Positions 13,819-26,860 of a stretch of 64,000 nucleotides of DNA are shown here, piece by piece (position 1 is the first letter of the stretch; each line of letters starts with the position of its first letter). Both the position numbers and the translations under genes were made by a program. A model generated the notes under the pieces. The model ran no database searches. It was not told where the DNA came from and worked only from the letters and a program-made list of their open reading frames with translations. This stretch comes from Marsupella aquatica (Eukaryota > Plantae > Marchantiophyta), in the NCBI GenBank assembly GCA_973895155.1, contig OZ316894.1, positions 3,930,944-3,994,943 on the forward strand, written 5' to 3'.

Positions 13819-16800
13819 ATGGCATCCAAGTTTGGAGGTGTCAAGTTTGAGGTGGAAAAATATGATGGGCGCACAGATTATTTGCTATGGGAGAAGCAGG
13901 TTAAGGGAATTCTTCGTGCTATGGACCTAGATCATCTGCTATCGACTCGCGAGGAGTCTAGCAGTGAGGAGGAGATCCCGTTGAGGAAATGGAGGCAAGA
14001 GCAAGTGATTGCTGTGAATGCGGTTATGCTGTATCTGAAGCCGCATATCATTAAGAAGCTGGACGACTACGAGGATTGCGTATCCTTATTCAAGGCCCTC
14101 AGAGAGAAGTACTACCGAGAGGATGCCTCAGATTGGTTGTACAAGAAGTCTCTCTTGATGAGCTTGAGGCTAAAAGAAGGAGGCAAGCTTCGAGATCACT
14201 TGGATGAATTCGACAGCCTAGCTGTAGATTTGTCAAATCTTGGCAAGGGAGTGGAGGATAAAGATAAGGCATTGCTTCTTCTCAGTTCCTTACCCCCATC
14301 GTATCAAGGTTTGAAGCAGGTTCTCTTGTATAGAGATCTCAAAACCATTTCATATGATGAGGTGGTAAGCTCTTTGCTGTCAGATGATGCACAGAAGAAA
14401 CTGGGTCATGCCCAGACACCATCTTCATCTGGTAGTGCATTGAATGTGAACCGCGGGAGGACTCAACAGCGGATGACTGGTGAAAACAGGTCCTTTTCAC
14501 AAACGTACCCCTCACGGAATAGAGGCAAGAAGAAGGCTCGGTCTAAGTCTAGATCCAGGTCTAGAGAGAAATCTCTAGAAAGGAAACCAATTATATGCTG
14601 GAAATGTAGCAAGCCTGGCCACATGAAACGAGACTATCGAGTCAAACAAACTCATCAACCATCAGTGAACGCAGCCACTGATGTTGATATGATTGACTTG
14701 CTTGATGATGAAATCTTGTGAAGTCCAGATATTGCCCTTTGCATTTTATCCAGTAACAACGGTGATGAATGGATTTTAGATTGTGCCTGTACCTATCATA
14801 TTTGTTGTATGAAAGAGTTTTTTACTTCTTACTCAATATCAACCGGTTCCGTGTTGATGGGGAATGATCATCCTTGTCAAATTGTTGGAATTGAATCCGT
14901 GAAAATTTGGATGTTTGATGGAGCTGTGCGAACAGTGAGTAATGTCAGACACATACCTGACATGAAAAAGAACTTGATTTCTCTTGGAATGCTGGAAGCA
15001 AATGGATGTCGGTGGAGTTATGCTGATGGTATTCTTCAAGTGTCAACCGGAGGCAAGGTTGTCATGAAGGGTCAGCGGCACAGGAATCTATATTTGTTGG
15101 AGGGCAACGTAATTTGTGAAGAAGCCAATGTAACTAGATCTCAAGGCGAGATGACTCAGTTATGGCACTGCAGATTGGGACACATGAGTGAAAAGGGTTT
15201 GGCGGTACTTCGCAGGAAAGGGCTTCTTTCTAATTTGGAATCTACTAAGCTAGATTTTTGTGAACACTGTGTGCTTGGGAAGCAGCACAGGAGAACCTTT
15301 GGTGTTGGAACTCACAATACCAAAGCTATACTTGAGTATGTACATAGTGATGTGTGGGGTCCAGCCCCAACTCCCTCACTTTCTAGAAAATTGTACTATG
15401 TCACGTTCATTGATGATTACTCACGATATGTGTGGATCATATTTCTACACGCCAAGTCTGAAGTTTTTGGCACTTTTAAGAAGTGAAAAGCCCAAATTGA
15501 GAATCAGACTGGATCCAAGGTGAGATATCTGCGATCAGATAACGGCGGGGAGTACAATTCAAGTGAATTTGAACTATATTGTGCAGAGCAAGGGATTACT
15601 CGTCATCTCACGATAGTTTATACTCCTCAACAGAATGGTGTTTGTGAGCGGCTAAACCGAACACTATTGGAGCGATCGAGGAGTATGTTGAGCCAATCAG
15701 GTTTACTGCATGAATTTTGGGCTGAAGCTATAAATACGGCAGCTTATTTGGTAAATCTTTCTCCTTCAAGTGCAATCAATTTCAAGACGCCGTTTGAAAT
15801 GAGGTATGGACGGCACGCAGACTATCAGGTTTTGAGAGTCTTTGGAAGTGATGCATATGCTCTCACACCTAAGCAGAATCGATCTAAACTAGATTCTACT
15901 TCCAAGAAGTGTTTTTTTCTTGGTTATCAACCAGGTGTGAAAGGTTACAGGCTATGGGATCCAGAAGCTTGTACGTTGCTTGTCAGTAGAGATATATCCT
16001 TTAATGAATCCAGATCATCAAAGGAGGGGGGAATGCTCAGACTTCCCGTAGTGACAAAGGTAAATCTCCTATCCTGGACCATGTTGTGGGGGAGATTGGT
16101 CATGAGAGTTTTCATGACATAAATGAAGGAGGTGCTCCGAGAATGGAGCTGGTTCCGGTATTGGAACAAGAGGAGTAAGTTGTTGTTGGAATACCTCAAA
16201 TTCAACCAACAGAACAAGATCAACCAGAATCATCAGCTAGAAAATCAAGACGTACTACTCGAGCTCCTACAAGGTATGGACAATGGACAGATTCATCAAG
16301 GTTAGATGATGTTGACATTGCACCTGAAGATGATGACAAAGCACTGATCTTGGAAGAAGGAGAACCTTCTTCTTATCATGAGGCGTGCATTTTAGACGAG
16401 AAAGATGAATGGAATGCAACGATGCAGAGGGAGTTGTAATCTTTAAGTGACAATAGAACATAGGAGCTGGTGCAGCTGCCAAGTGATCAACAAGTGGTGG
16501 ATAGCAAGTGGATTTACAAGCTGAAGGACAACTCTTCAGATGGAGGAGATAAGATATACAAGGCAAGGCTTGTTGCCAAGGGATTCACTCAAGAGAAGGG
16601 AGTGGATTACAATGAGGTCTTCTCTCCAGTTGCCAAGTATTCTACGATACGAATTTTGTGTCAACTTGTTGTGTTTTTTGATCTGGTGTTAGATCAAATG
16701 GATGTTGTTACTACTTTTCTCTATGGCACCTTGGAAGAACAAATTTTCATGAGGCAACCACTGGGCTTTGTGAAGAAGGGCCAAGAGAGTTTAGTTTGCA

Positions 16801-17945
16801 GGTTGCTTAAGTCCTTGTATGGATTGAAGCAAGCTCCTCGATAGTGGAACAAGCGGTTTGATGATTTCATACTTGCACAAGGATTCACTAGGATGGTGTA
16901 TGACCTTTGTGTGTATACAAAATCAGTCAAGAATGGTGTGTTTGGTTTGCTCATTCTGGTGCTCTAGGTGGATGACATGTTGATTGCGGCTAAGGATCAA
17001 ACTGAGGTTGACAAACTCAAAGCAAAATTGAGTTCTGAATTCTGAATGAAGGATCTTGGGAAAGCCAAGAGGATCTTAGGTATGGAGATTACGAGGAACT
17101 TTGAAACTGGACAATTGTGGCTGAATCAAGGCAAGTATGCTGAAAAGGTACTTGCAAGATTCAATATGGAAAATTGTAAGCCAGTAAGTATTCCTTTGGC
17201 TCCACATTTCAAGTTATCATCGGCTTTCTGCCCCATGGATCCAGTGGAGAGAGGCTTGATGACTAACCGGTTCCTTATGAGAAGGCAGTGGGCAGTCTAA
17301 TGTATTTGATGACATGTACCAGGCCTGATCTAGCCCTAGCAATGAGCAAAGTGAGTAGATTCATGTCAAATCCAGGGAAGGTACATTGGGAGGTTGTGAA
17401 ATGGATTCTCAGGTATCTTAAGGGCACAATAGACTATGGTCTGTTGTTTGATAGTAGATCAAACAAAACCAAATCTTTGGTTGGCTATGTAGATTCTGAC
17501 TACGGAGGCTGTCTGGAAACAAGGAGGTCAACGATTGGGTATGTGTTTACTCTTGGAAGAGGATGCATAAGTTGGAGATCTACTTTGCAGAAGTGTGTAT
17601 CTCAGTCTACTACAGAAGTAGAATATGTTGCAGCAGCAGAAGCAGCAAAGGAAGCAATTTGGTTGGATAAGCTGGTCACTGAGATGGGATTGGAGCATGG
17701 AAAAATGACTCTTCATTGTGACAGCCAAAGTGCGCTTCACCTAGCTATTAACCAGGTTATGGATAGCAGGGTGAAACACATTGACATCAGGTACCATTTT
17801 ATTAGGCAAGCAGTGTCTGATAAAATGTTTGAGCTTTCAAGATTGATGGAAAGCTCAACCCGGCTGATGCTTTTACCAAAGTGATTCCTTTGGAAAGTTA
17901 CTCAAGACACCGTGCTACTTTGCAAGTTTTGCATTTGCAGCACAA
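13819..17945 (+). pseudogene. copia gag-pol polyprotein with multiple stops and frameshifts
   Basis: Gag MASKFGGVKFEVEKYDG with a damaged knuckle CWKCSKPGHMKRDY. Protease WILDCACTYHIC. GAG-pre-integrase WHCRLGHMS. Integrase VHSDVWGP / LRSDNGGEY / [30 protein letters not shown] and L*VDDML. RNase H GYVDSDY, STTEVEY and NPADAFTK. The final codon is split by the CACTA insertion. Confidence 0.95.
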
Positions 17946-17959
17946 CACTAGAAGAAAAC

Positions 17960-18335
17960 AGGGCCCTTTATGACCAATCACCCAATGACAGAGATGAATA
18001 AATGACCAAAAGTTTTAATGACACAAAAAGAATGACGGGGGAATGACTGTCCACAATGACCAATAGACTGAAATGACAAAATGTTAATTTTTTCGTCATT
18101 TTGTATAATGTCTATAATGACTGATGCGACCAAAATGACCCAATTTCCCTAAATGGTCAATTTAGACACATGTCTTAAATGACACAATTAATAACAACAA
18201 TGATAAATCAGTGTTTAGCAACATTATAGTCACTCTGGACAATGACTGAAATGACCAAAAATCTATTTGCATCATTTTGGACAACGGTGATAAATGACAA
18301 AAAATGTATTATCGTCATTTTAACCAACGGTGTTA
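17960..18335. repeat. Left subterminal repeats of the outer CACTA (AATGAC/GTCATT in both orientations)
   Basis: Dense aatgac and gtcatt motifs directly inside the TIR, mirrored at 45437-46145. Confidence 0.85.
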
Positions 18336-18850
18336 AATGACAAAATTTAGGGTCAATCTGAAAATGAGAATATATCAGTGTTTACAACAACATATTGTCA
18401 TTATGGACTTCTGCCATAAATGACTAACTCTAGGGTCAATCTTGAAATTAGGACATATTAGTGTTTACAAGAACATACCGTCATTATGGACTTCTCTCAT
18501 AAATGACTAACTCTAGGGTCAATCTTGAAATTAGGACATATCAGTGTTTACAAGAATATACCGTCATTATGGACTTCTCTCATAAATGACTAACTCTAGG
18601 GTCAATCTTGAAATTAGGACATATCAGTGTTTACAAGAATATACCGTCATTATGGACTTCTCTCATAAATGACTAACTCCACAGTCAATCTTGAAATTAG
18701 GATATATCGGTGTTTTCAACAACATACTGTCCTTATGGACTTGTCGCATAAATGACTAAATATAGGGTCAATCTAAAAATCAGGATATATCAATGTTTAC
18801 AATAACATACAGTCATTATGGACTTATTACATAAATGACTACTTATAGAG
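18335..18850. repeat. 83-bp tandem repeat, about 6 copies
   Basis: aaatgac unit starts at 18335, 18418, 18501, 18584, 18667, 18750 and 18833, an exact period of 83. Confidence 0.93.
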
Positions 18851-18929
18851 TCATTAAAGAACCCAAGAGATATGAAGATTAAAATACTCAATAGTCATTC
18901 CAGACACCTATCATAATTGTAGAGTCATA

Positions 18930-21900
18930 CACCTTTGGAGTGATTTTCCAGAAGTGTCATCATATATAGATGCGCGCATACTATCGTATCCATGGGGCAA
19001 ATGAAACCTTTTTGTCTCTCCAAGAAGTAGGGCAATACCAATGGAAGGTTGTCATGCTTTGTTGTAATTGTGTCATGTTTGTGCCGGTGTTTAGACGGGG
19101 AATATTTTAATTTGCAAATAAATGCATGCATACCATCACATCCAAAGGCAAATAAAAGTTGTTTTTTGGTTCTCCAAGAGGTAGTGCTGCCCCAATGGAA
19201 TGGGCAGGGGAGTCATGCTTTTAGGGTATGGTGTGGGTGCAGATTTAGGGAAGAGGAATATTCTAACCTTGCAAGGAATCTAAAGCTGGCTCTCTTTGGA
19301 GGTACTAGGGCCTTTATTGGGTCATATGTGAGCAATGGCCCGTCATAAATGCCAATGACTAAAAGTAGGGTCATTAAAATTGTCATATGGAGAGTCATAT
19401 CAGTCTAATGACTGGATTTGTGGTCATTTGAGGGGTCCCTTATGTAGTCATTAAGGAAAAGCACAAATGACCATTTTGGGGCTAGGGGCTTGAGGTAGGC
19501 CCTAGAGTGCCATGGGCCCCACATAGAGGTGAGAACCCCTCCACTGCGTGCGGGACACTATACTGTCCAACCACTAGTTGCGACATAAACACTTTGGACA
19601 CAAGTTTTTGTGTTTCCTTAAGGCATGATGCACCTTTGGGGAAATCACTCCCAAGTCGTATGACTTTGGAGTGATTTGCCAAAAGTGTTGCCATGCATGC
19701 ACACCATCACATACAAAGGCAAATAAAAGTTGTTTTTGGGTTCTCCAAGAGGTGGTGCTGCACCAATGGAATGGGCAGGGGAGTCATGCTTCTCAGTATG
19801 GTGTGGGTGCGGGTTTAGGGAAGAGGAATATTCCAATCTTGCAAGGAATCTAAAGCTGGCTTTAGTTGGAGGTACTAGGGCCTTTATTGGGTCATATGTG
19901 AGCAATGGCCCGTCATAAATATCAATGACTAAAAGCAGGGTCATTAAAACTGTCATATGGAAAGTCATATCAGTCTAATGACTGGATTTGTGGTCATTTG
20001 AGGGGTCCCTTATGCAGTCATTAAGGAAAAGCACAAATGACCAGTTTGGGGCTAGGGGCTGGAGGTGGGCCCTAGAGTGCCATGTGGCCCCACATAGAGG
20101 TGAGAACCCCTCCACTGCGTGCGGGACACTATACTCATCATTGTCCAACCACTAGTTGCGACATAAACACTTTGGACACATGTTTTTGTGTTTCCTTAAG
20201 GCATGATGCACCTTTGGGGAAATCACTCCCAAGTCGTATGACTTTGGAGTGATTTGCCAAAAGTGTTGCCATGCATGCACACCATCACATCCAAAGGCAA
20301 ATAAAAGTTGTTTTTTGGTTCTCCAAGAGGTGGTGCTGCACCAATGGAATGGGCAGGGGAGTCGTGCTTCCCTGTATGGTGTGGGTGCGGGTTTAGGGAA
20401 GAGGAATATTCCAACCTTGCAAGGAATCTAAAGCGGGCTCTCTTTGGAGGTACCAGGGCCTTTATTGGGTCATATGTGAGCAATGGACCGTCATAAATAT
20501 CAATGACTAAAAGCAGGGTCATTAAAACTGTCATTTGGAGAGTCATATCAGTCTAATGACTGGATTTGTGGTCATTTGAGGGGTCCCTTATGCAGTCATT
20601 AAGGAAAAGCACAAATGACCAGTTTGGGGCTAGGGGCTGGAGGTGGGCCCTAGAGTGCCATGTGACCCCACATAGAGGTGAGAACCCCTCCACTGCGTGC
20701 GGGACACTATACTCATCATTGTCCAACCACTAGTTGCGACATAAACACCTTGGACACATGTTTTTGCGTTTACTTAAGGCATGATGCACCTTTGGGGAAA
20801 TCACTCCCAAGTCGTATGACTTTGGAGTGATTTGCCAAAAGTGTCACCATGGATGCATACCACTGTTCCAAACGCAAATGAAGCCCTTTTTTGTCTCTCC
20901 AAGAGGTAGCGCAACACCAATGGAATGGGTGTGGCAGTGGTGCTTCCCTCTATGATGTGTCTGATGTTTAAAGGTATACGATTATTCCATTTTTGCAAGG
21001 AATGTAGAGCGGGCTCTCTCTGGCGGTGCTAGGACCTTCTTTGGGTCATTTTTTAACAAAGTCATGTCATAAGTGTCAATGACCACAAGTAGGGTCATTG
21101 AATTGGTCATATGGGATGTCATATAATTCAAATGACTGGACTTGTTGTCATTTGAGGGGTCTCTAGTGCAGTCATTGAAGACAAGCATGAATGACCAATT
21201 TGGAGCTAAGGGCTGGAGGTGGGCCCTAGAGTGCCATGTGGCACCACATAGAGCTCGCAACCCCTCCACTAGGTGTCAAATACTATAATTACTATTCTCC
21301 AACCACTAGTTGCACCATTAGCAGTTTGGAGCCATGTTTTTGTGTTTACTTAAGGGATGATATAATCTTGGGGAAATCACTCCCAAGTCGTACGACTTTG
21401 GAGTGATTTGCCAAAAGTGTCACCATTGATGCATACCATCCTATCTAAAGGAAATGAAGCCATTTTTTTTTGTCTCTGCAAGAAGTAGTGCAAGGCTGTT
21501 GTCCTTCCATGTAATTGTGTCATGTTTGTGCCGTTGTTTGGATGGGGAATATTCTATTTTGCAAATGAATAGTCTGTGATGGGGCACTCAAGAAGGTAGT
21601 GTAATCTTCATTGAGTCATTTCTGAAAAAATTGGTGTCATAAATACCAATGACTACAAGTAGGGTTATTAAATCTGTCATATGGGCTGTCACATAAGTCA
21701 AATGACTAGATTTGTGGTCATTTGAGGGGTCCCTTGTGCAATCATTAAGCAGAAGCACAAATGACCAGTTTGGGGCTAGGGGCTGGAGGTGGGCCCTAGA
21801 GTGCCATGGGGCCCCACATAGAGGTGAGAACCCCCTCCACTAGGTGCGGGACACTATACTCATCATCGTCGAACCACTAGTTGTGTCATGAACACTTTGG

Positions 21901-22920
21901 ACACATGTTTTTGCATTTACTTAAGGCATGATGCACCTTGGGGAAATCACTCCCAAGTCATACAACTTTGGAGTGATTTGCCAAAAGTGTCACCATGGAT
22001 GCATACCACCGTATCCAAGCGCAAATGGAGCCATTTTTTGTCTCTCCAAGAAGTAGCGCAACACCAATGGAAGGTTGTCATCTTGTGATGTAATTGTGTC
22101 ATGTTTGTGCCGGTGTTTGGATGGGGAATACTCCATTTTGCATATGAATAGTGTCGGGGCATTGTGAGTAGGTGTTGTAATCTTCATTGGGTCATTTTGG
22201 AGGAATAGTGTGTCATTAATGCCAAAGACTACAGTAAGGGTCATTTTGGCAGTCCTTTTGGAAGTCATTTGTGCCAAATGACTCCATATGGGGTCATTAT
22301 AGAGGTCCCTCATGGTGTCATTACGGACCATCAGAAATGACCCTTTTGGGTCTAGGAGCTTAAGGTGGCCCTAGTGTGCCATGGGGCTCTACATGAAGGT
22401 GGCAACCTCTCCACAAGGTGCGGGGTACTATACCCACCGTACTATTCTCCAACCACTAGTTGCACCATGAGCACTTTGGAGCCATGTTTTTGCAATTACT
22501 TAAGGGATGATGCAACCTTGGGGAAATCACTCCCAAGTCATACAACTTTGGAGTGATTTGCCAAAAGTGTCACCATGCATGCATACCATCCCAAGGCATG
22601 CATACAAAAATTGTTTTTGTCTCTCCAAGAGGTATATAGTGCAATACTAGTGGAAGACTATGTCCTTCTATATAACTATGTCATGTTTGTGCCGATATTT
22701 GGATTTTGGATATATTCTATTAAATTCCAAAGGAATTGTAAAGGGGCACTCCGAGAGGTAGTATACTCTTCATTGGGTCATTTTCACATAATGTGTGTCA
22801 TTAATGTCAATGACTACAATAAGGGTCATTTTGGTAGTCAGTTAGAGGTCATTTGGAGCAATTGACTGCATATGTGGTCATTAGAGAGGTCCCTCATGGT
22901 GTGTCATTAATGGAAACACC
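18930..22920. repeat. About 578-bp tandem repeat, 6-7 copies, each with a conserved hairpin
   Basis: gaaatcactcccaagtc occurs at 19641, 20219, 20797, 21373, 21943 and 22523, giving periods of 578, 578, 576, 570 and 580. Confidence 0.93.
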
Positions 22921-24249
22921 TCAAATTAGGGTAATCTTGGTTGTCATACTAGAGGTCAGAAGTACCAAATGACTGGAAATGTGGTCTTTACAAAGGCTAT
23001 TGGGGGGTTCTCTTTGGAGGTACAAGGGAGTTCATTGGGTCATTTGTGAATTAAATGGTGCTTCAATCTGAGGACTAAACGTGGGGTCACTCACGCTGTC
23101 ATATTCGAAGCCATTAATGTTGGCATATTGGAGGTCATATAGTCATGGGAAGGCTCACTTATTAATGCTTTGGTGTAATGCTCTCAAAAACTCTTAGACA
23201 ACATAGCCTCATATGTAGTGGTCATGTAGCATGTAAGGGACCCTATAATTGTGCTTGAGTCATGAATGAGGGTTTCTCTCAATTGAGTCAGGAGTGGAGA
23301 GCTATTAAATGCTAATATTTGGATGAGTATCACTATCATATGGTGAGACAATAAGGTAGTCCAAAATGGTGTTCATGCATGCGGGTTATGGGTTTATATC
23401 GCGGGCATATATCGGACCTTTTATATCGCTAGCATCATTTTTTATATATAACATTGGTCCTTAACATTCTTGTTGGCACCTACACAAACAGCCATGACCT
23501 TATGGGGGGGGTCGTGACATTATGAGTTATTAACCTTGCCTTCCCTATTTAGGGCCTTATGGGGGCGTCCGGACCTTGTTATTAACCTCTATAGTCGGTA
23601 TTTCCCTAGGGCCTTATGGGGGGGGGGTTTACATTGTTATTAACCTAGTCTCAACTTCCCTAGGGCCTTATGGGGGGTCCAGACATGTGAGAGATATTGT
23701 CAGAATATAACCCTAATTAATGACCCACAATATCCACCATCCCCATCCAACAGAATACCTTACCTTTATGGGGTTTAGGGGTCCAGCATTAGGTTTTTCC
23801 CGCTAAGTGTTCTTGCGTACCAACAGGAGCCCTTTTTCCTGAAAAAACATCGAGAGGGCAACGCTCGATGTGCTCATTTCTTGGCATGCCTTTGTGTGCA
23901 CATTGCAAGGGCTTAGGGTTGCGCAGCGTTGTGCTCCATTCCACCAAGCTTCGACACCCTTCGAAGCGTTGGGCGAGGCATTGTTCGGGCAAGCATTGGG
24001 TGAGGCATTGTTTGAGTGAACCGTTGGACGTGGCATTGTTTTAGTGACCATTTGCAAGGTTTAGAGGAGGAGCTCCGACCCGAAGCCATTCAGGCTACAA
24101 TTGTTTTTGAGCTTGTTGCGCGCGGTCGGTGGAGCACCTCGGTAGGACTTGGGAGCTTCTTTGGAGGACCCTGCGCTTTGGAGGACATTCGGGCTTTGGA
24201 GTGCCCGATTGCAGGGTCAAGGCAATAGCTTCTTTACATTTGTCCTTGT

Positions 24250-24525
24250 TGCGGGTGAGGAGCGGAGGATGAGCTGCAATCGGCGATAAGCTGCGGGTGA
24301 GGAGCGGAGGATGAGCTGCAATCGGCGATAAGCTGCGGGTGAGGAGCGGAGGACGACCTACAATCGGCGATAAGCTGCGGGCGAGGAGCGGAGGACGACC
24401 TACAATCGGCGATAAGCTGCGGGTGAGGAGCGGAGGACGAGCTGCAAATCAGCGACAAGTTGCAATCAGCAGCAAGCTACAATCGGCAAGAAGCTGTGGG
24501 TGAGGAGTTGCAATCGGCGAGAACC
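24250..24525. repeat. 42-bp GC-rich tandem repeat, about 5-6 copies
   Basis: gcgggtgaggagcggaggatgagctgcaatcggcgataagct repeats; the minus-strand ORF shows a 14-aa periodicity. Confidence 0.9.
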
Positions 24526-24852
24526 TACAGGAGGTTCCATCAAGGAGCTGCGAGAACTTATATCTGTGGGAGCGAGTTTGGGCTGAGGTGCGAGAAGGTC
24601 AGTTGTGCAATTTTGCGCTTCTTCCCCTTCTGGCCATTTGTTCATTCTGCATTTTTGCTTTGCTTTTGCCAATGTGCTACCAATGTGCTGTCAGTCCATG
24701 AATCCAATGTTGCCTTCTTGTTCTGTTGCTTAGTGTCTGCTAGTATGCTTATGGCAATGACAGAGAAGCTCCGATTGCTAAGAGACTATTTGCTCTCTCT
24801 TTCTCGCTCTCTCTCTGTCCCTCTCTCTCTAAGTGCCTGAGTTTTGCACCAG

Positions 24853-24986
24853 TTTTTGAATGTCTACAATGTTGAGTTCCCTTTGCAGAGAAATGTGAAT
24901 GCAGTTTTCGAATGTCTACAATGTTGAGTTCCCTTTGCAGAGAAATGTGAATGCAGTTTTCGAATGTCTAGAATGTTGAGTTCCCT
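24853..24986. repeat. 52-bp tandem repeat, about 2.5 copies, following a CT-rich tract
   Basis: tttt(c/t)gaatgtctacaatgttgagttccctttgcagagaaatgtgaatgcag starts at 24853, 24905 and (partial) 24957. Confidence 0.85.
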
Positions 24987-26860
24987 GACGTGATGCGATG
25001 GAGCATCCTGGACGCGCACTGATTGAAGCAGTTGTGCGTGTCGTCAGCATTGTCATGGATTGGAGAAGGAAATCCCATAGAACTAGCCATTGCACTTTCT
25101 TGCACAATGCCTGCATTTCCTTCCCTGTACCATGCTAGCTCCACTGCGACCTTCCACTGCTATCTATGTTGATTCCTTCCACTGCTACAAAATTCTGCTT
25201 TGCAATGGCATCCCAATGCTCATATGTCCCAGTAAAATTCGGGTAGACATAAGTATTAGGCGCGGACTCTTCTCTCTCTGCCTGCCCAAGATCAGGGTTT
25301 ACTGGTTCTAATTGCTAATTCAGTCCCCATTTAGAAAGACCTAAGAAATTTAACTATCTTTGAGCTTTATTGTTTGTTTTGGCAAAATCTTCCCTTGCGG
25401 CCAGCAGCTGAGGCCCAGCGTCCACAATGTCCGATACATTTTTCAAGACATAAGTAAGCTGGCTGGGAAATGCCTTTCTCCTCAATCTCAAGAGATGATT
25501 TTTCTGGAGTCTGCTCACGTATTGCTCTTGCTTGTCCAGAACCTGAACGGCTATTTACCACAACTGAATCAAGTGCCCGAGTTCTGACCAAGTTGTCCTT
25601 TGTCTGTCTGCTGTTGATTTCTGATTGCTACTTGTTGGATTTGTCTGCTATGTTCAGTTCAGTTTGTTGTCTTGTTGTCGTCTGACAATCTTTGTGGTGC
25701 AAGGTGAGCTTGATCTCTTATTATTACAATGTAGTCCTTAGTTTTCCATTGTATGATGTTTTCCTTAGTCTGTCTATGTTCCTCAATGAATTGGTTTCCT
25801 TACTCTTCTTTTGACATCCCTCTGTATCATAGCCCTTTTCTTTTCTCTTTTTTTTACTGAAGAGAAGTGCAGGCATGTATGGTGAATCCTCACTTGATTC
25901 CAGCAGCGACTCTATAGAATTTTGTCGCCAAAAAGTTTCAGAGTTTCGTGTGTGGTTTGCCAACTGCTGTGCCACCTCAGAGAATTCCTTAGTGGCTTTT
26001 GTACAAGCCTTGCTCTTCAACTATGGTAATTTACAGCTAACTGTCTGATGTTCACACAACATCCATACACAACAATGAATACAACTCCATGAATACAGCC
26101 ACATGATTTCCTTTGGTCTGCAAACTGGACGAAACTAAACTAAAATCAGCTTGGTCAATTTTAAATTCTTCGTAAGGGTCTCTGACAGCAGCCCGGTATA
26201 GTCATTTGTGCACGAAGATAGAGTACGGTGCAGCTTTTGAAAAAGTGGGTGGACCAGCAGCTTGTTGAGAGTAAAGCAACTTATGGTTCTGTAACAGATG
26301 TGTGCAGCAGCTTAAGATGTAGAAGGCACACAATAAAACTTGATTTTTACAGATTTAAAAAAGGGCAGGGTGAGTGAGCACTGCATGTTGAACTCACAGG
26401 TCCGAATCTTGATTTGATTTCGCTGCTAAAATTCGTATCTCTTGCCTGAGTCCCAGTTTGCTGGAGTTTTGTTGCTCTCTGTGCTTTGTTGTGCACATTG
26501 TTGTGTTTGCTCTGTCCATTTTAAAACTTGAGAGCCAAATGAATGCTTTGCTGAAACTCAATTGCTATTTGTTCTGTGTTGCCCTTACAGATTTTAAAAA
26601 GGCAAGGTGAGTGAGCACTGCTGTACAGCAAGCAAAGGCATACAGGTTGCAATATTTGTGATTGCTTCCAATCATCTAGGCCAAGGTTATTTGCGCTGCT
26701 CAGTCCTAAATGCTTTGCCATCTATAAAGCATTGGTTTATGCTGCACCCTTGTGGTTACATGTCATATTTTATGCTGCACCCTCATTCTTTTGTGTCATA
26801 CTGCACCCTGTTATTCCTTCTTGTTTCACAATCTGATGTAGGGTCTGAGTGTGCAGGACC

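Noticed and set aside
19213-20546. Repeated 60-107 aa ORFs (MTLHMT..., MICQKCCH...)
   Set aside because: They recur only because the 578-bp unit recurs. They have no recognisable domain and are not kept open in the diverged units.
18930-22920. Regularly spaced palindromes resembling a CRISPR array
   Set aside because: The intervening sequences are about 520 bp and homologous to each other, so this is a tandem repeat. No cas genes are present and the context is eukaryotic.
25724-26020. 98-aa minus-strand ORF inside the outer CACTA as a second cargo gene
   Set aside because: Non-ATG start, no recognisable motif, and it lies antisense within the presumed leader or intron.
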